Shown piece after piece: positions 62,489 to 64,000 of a stretch of DNA of 64,000 nucleotides. Where the stretch lies: contig CAYTCJ010000003.1 of assembly GCA_964436545.1 (NCBI GenBank), forward strand, positions 70,041-134,040. The letters run 5' to 3'. How positions within the stretch are numbered: the stretch's first letter is position 1; every line of letters starts with the position of its first letter. The DNA is from an uncultured Candidatus Saccharibacteria bacterium (GTDB lineage Bacteria > Patescibacteriota > Doudnabacteria > UBA920). Under the pieces are notes generated by a model. The model was given only the letters and a program-made list of their open reading frames with translations. It did not search any database and was not told where the DNA came from. The position numbers and the translations under genes are program-made.

Positions 62489-64000
62489 ATGGATCTGACG
62501 AATTTAAACCCTAAACAACAAGAAGCGGTGAAGGCTCCCATGGGGCCGGTTTTGGTATTGGCTGGTCCGGGGAGTGGCAAAACTAAGACTTTAACCACTC
62601 GTATAGCTTACATTATAGAAAGCAAGTTGGTGCATCCGGCCAACATTTTGGCTTTAACCTTTACCAATAAAGCATCTAAAGAAATGCGTGAACGGGTGGG
62701 TAAATTGTTGGTGCGCATGCCGGGCGCGAGCGAGCATTTGACCATGGGAACGTTTCATTCGGTTTGTGCCAAAATTTTACGGAAAGAAATTACGCATTTG
62801 GGCTATCATGGGGATTTTATAATTTTTGACAGTCAGGATCAGCAGAAAGTTTTAAAAGAAATTTTGGAAGAATTACGCATCGATACCAAACGGTTGCCGG
62901 CCAGCTTATTTGGAGCCTTAATTTCTCGAGCCAAAAATTTATTGCAAATGCCCGCGGAATTGGATTTGGGCTTGGATTCGCCCTTAAGGGAAAAACTGCA
63001 AGAGGTGTATACTCGGTATCAAAACAGTTTGTTTCAGCAAAACGCTTTGGATTTTGACGATCTGATTATGCTCACGGTTAAACTGTGGGAAAATTTTCCT
63101 TCGGTTTTGGCCAAATACCAACAAAAGTTTTTATATGTGCTGGTCGATGAATACCAAGATACCAATAAGTCCCAATACACGCTTTTGGCTTATTTGGCTC
63201 AGCATCGGAATATTTTTGTGGTGGGCGATGATGCCCAGAGCATTTATAAGTTTAGAGGCAGTGACATTACCAATATTTTGAATTTTGAAAAAGATTATCC
63301 GGAGGCGAAAATTATTAAATTGGAACAAAATTATCGAAGCAGTAAAAATATTTTGGCAATTGCCCAAACCGTGATTGATATGAACACCGAGCAAAAGCCC
63401 AAAAAGCTATGGACCGAGAACGCGGAAGGGGAAAAAATTATTTTAACCTGCGAAGCGGATGAACAAGCGGAAAGCGAATTTGTAGCCAGAACCATTATTC
63501 AGTTAGCCTCGGGCGAAAAATCACCTGCCGGTGCTGAGGCATTAACTTACGAAACCGACTATGACCAAGCAGAAGTTAAAACTTATTCCATCTTGGATCG
63601 GTTCATTAAAGCTAAAAAACTCCAAGCGCAATTTGCTCGGGGCGCTGTGGGCGGTTTAGTGCCAACTTTACCCAAAAATCACGATTCGCTTAAGGAATAC
63701 TGTGTGCTATACCGGACGCATGCTCAAAGTCGGGCAGTGGAAGAGGCGTTTATTAAAGCCAGTATCCCGTACCAAATTATTGGGGGTTTAAAATTTTATG
63801 AAAGAAAAGAAATTAAGGATATGCTGGGTTATTTGCGATTGGTGATGAATTTTAAAGATTTGGTTTCGTTAAAACGAGTGATTAACGAACCGGCTCGGGG
63901 GATTGGGGAAAAGTCCTATGAGATAATTCGGGATTGCCTATTAAATTTTAAAATCAAATTTTCAAATGAAACAAATCAACAAATGATTACAAATCAATCA
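62489..64000 (+). CDS. pcrA: UvrD/PcrA helicase, 3'-truncated by the window edge
   Basis: Manual translation gives MDLTNLNPKQQEAV, VLAGPGSGKT, LTFTNKA, LVDEYQDTN, VVGDDAQSIY and LEQNYRS. It is missing from the ORF track because it has no stop in the window. Confidence 0.95.
   Translation, partial: MDLTNLNPKQQEAVKAPMGPVLVLAGPGSGKTKTLTTRIAYIIESKLVHPANILALTFTNKASKEMRERVGKLLVRMPGASEHLTMGTFHSVCAKILRKEITHLGYHGDFIIFDSQDQQKVLKEILEELRIDTKRLPASLFGALISRAKNLLQMPAELDLGLDSPLREKLQEVYTRYQNSLFQQNALDFDDLIMLTVKLWENFPSVLAKYQQKFLYVLVDEYQDTNKSQYTLLAYLAQHRNIFVVGDDAQSIYKFRGSDITNILNFEKDYPEAKIIKLEQNYRSSKNILAIAQTVIDMNTEQKPKKLWTENAEGEKIILTCEADEQAESEFVARTIIQLASGEKSPAGAEALTYETDYDQAEVKTYSILDRFIKAKKLQAQFARGAVGGLVPTLPKNHDSLKEYCVLYRTHAQSRAVEEAFIKASIPYQIIGGLKFYERKEIKDMLGYLRLVMNFKDLVSLKRVINEPARGIGEKSYEIIRDCLLNFKIKFSNETNQQMITNQS

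Noticed and set aside
63131-63394. 87-aa minus-strand ORF
   Set aside because: Antisense to pcrA, whose conserved motifs are on the + strand.

Overview
Chromosomal segment of a small-genome, mostly AT-rich bacterium using genetic code 11. Gene content suggests a Patescibacteria/CPR organism, possibly Doudnabacteria-like (inference, not a database result). The left half (1-31 kb) is a cell-surface region: a LysM protein, DsbA, a GC-rich foreign secreted protein, a 2098-aa Cys-rich adhesin, a cobalamin-riboswitch-controlled DUF4430 protein, and a 3839-aa HTH-TM-fibre protein. The right half is mostly housekeeping: infC-rpmI-rplT, pyrC-carA-carB-pyrB with a probable leader-peptide attenuator, tmRNA, smpB, argS, ileS, recO, alr and pcrA. 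The most striking pattern is four small genes (PaaX/Cas2-like, GIY-YIG, GxxExxY, four-helix-bundle), each bracketed by its own repeat family. Gene-less copies of three of these families and of other short palindromes are scattered through the window. They nest inside one another and sit in-frame in carA, carB, ileS and the giant fibre gene, and inside the riboswitch and tmRNA. No CRISPR array, reverse transcriptase, rRNA or tRNA was seen. All motif calls were made by eye.
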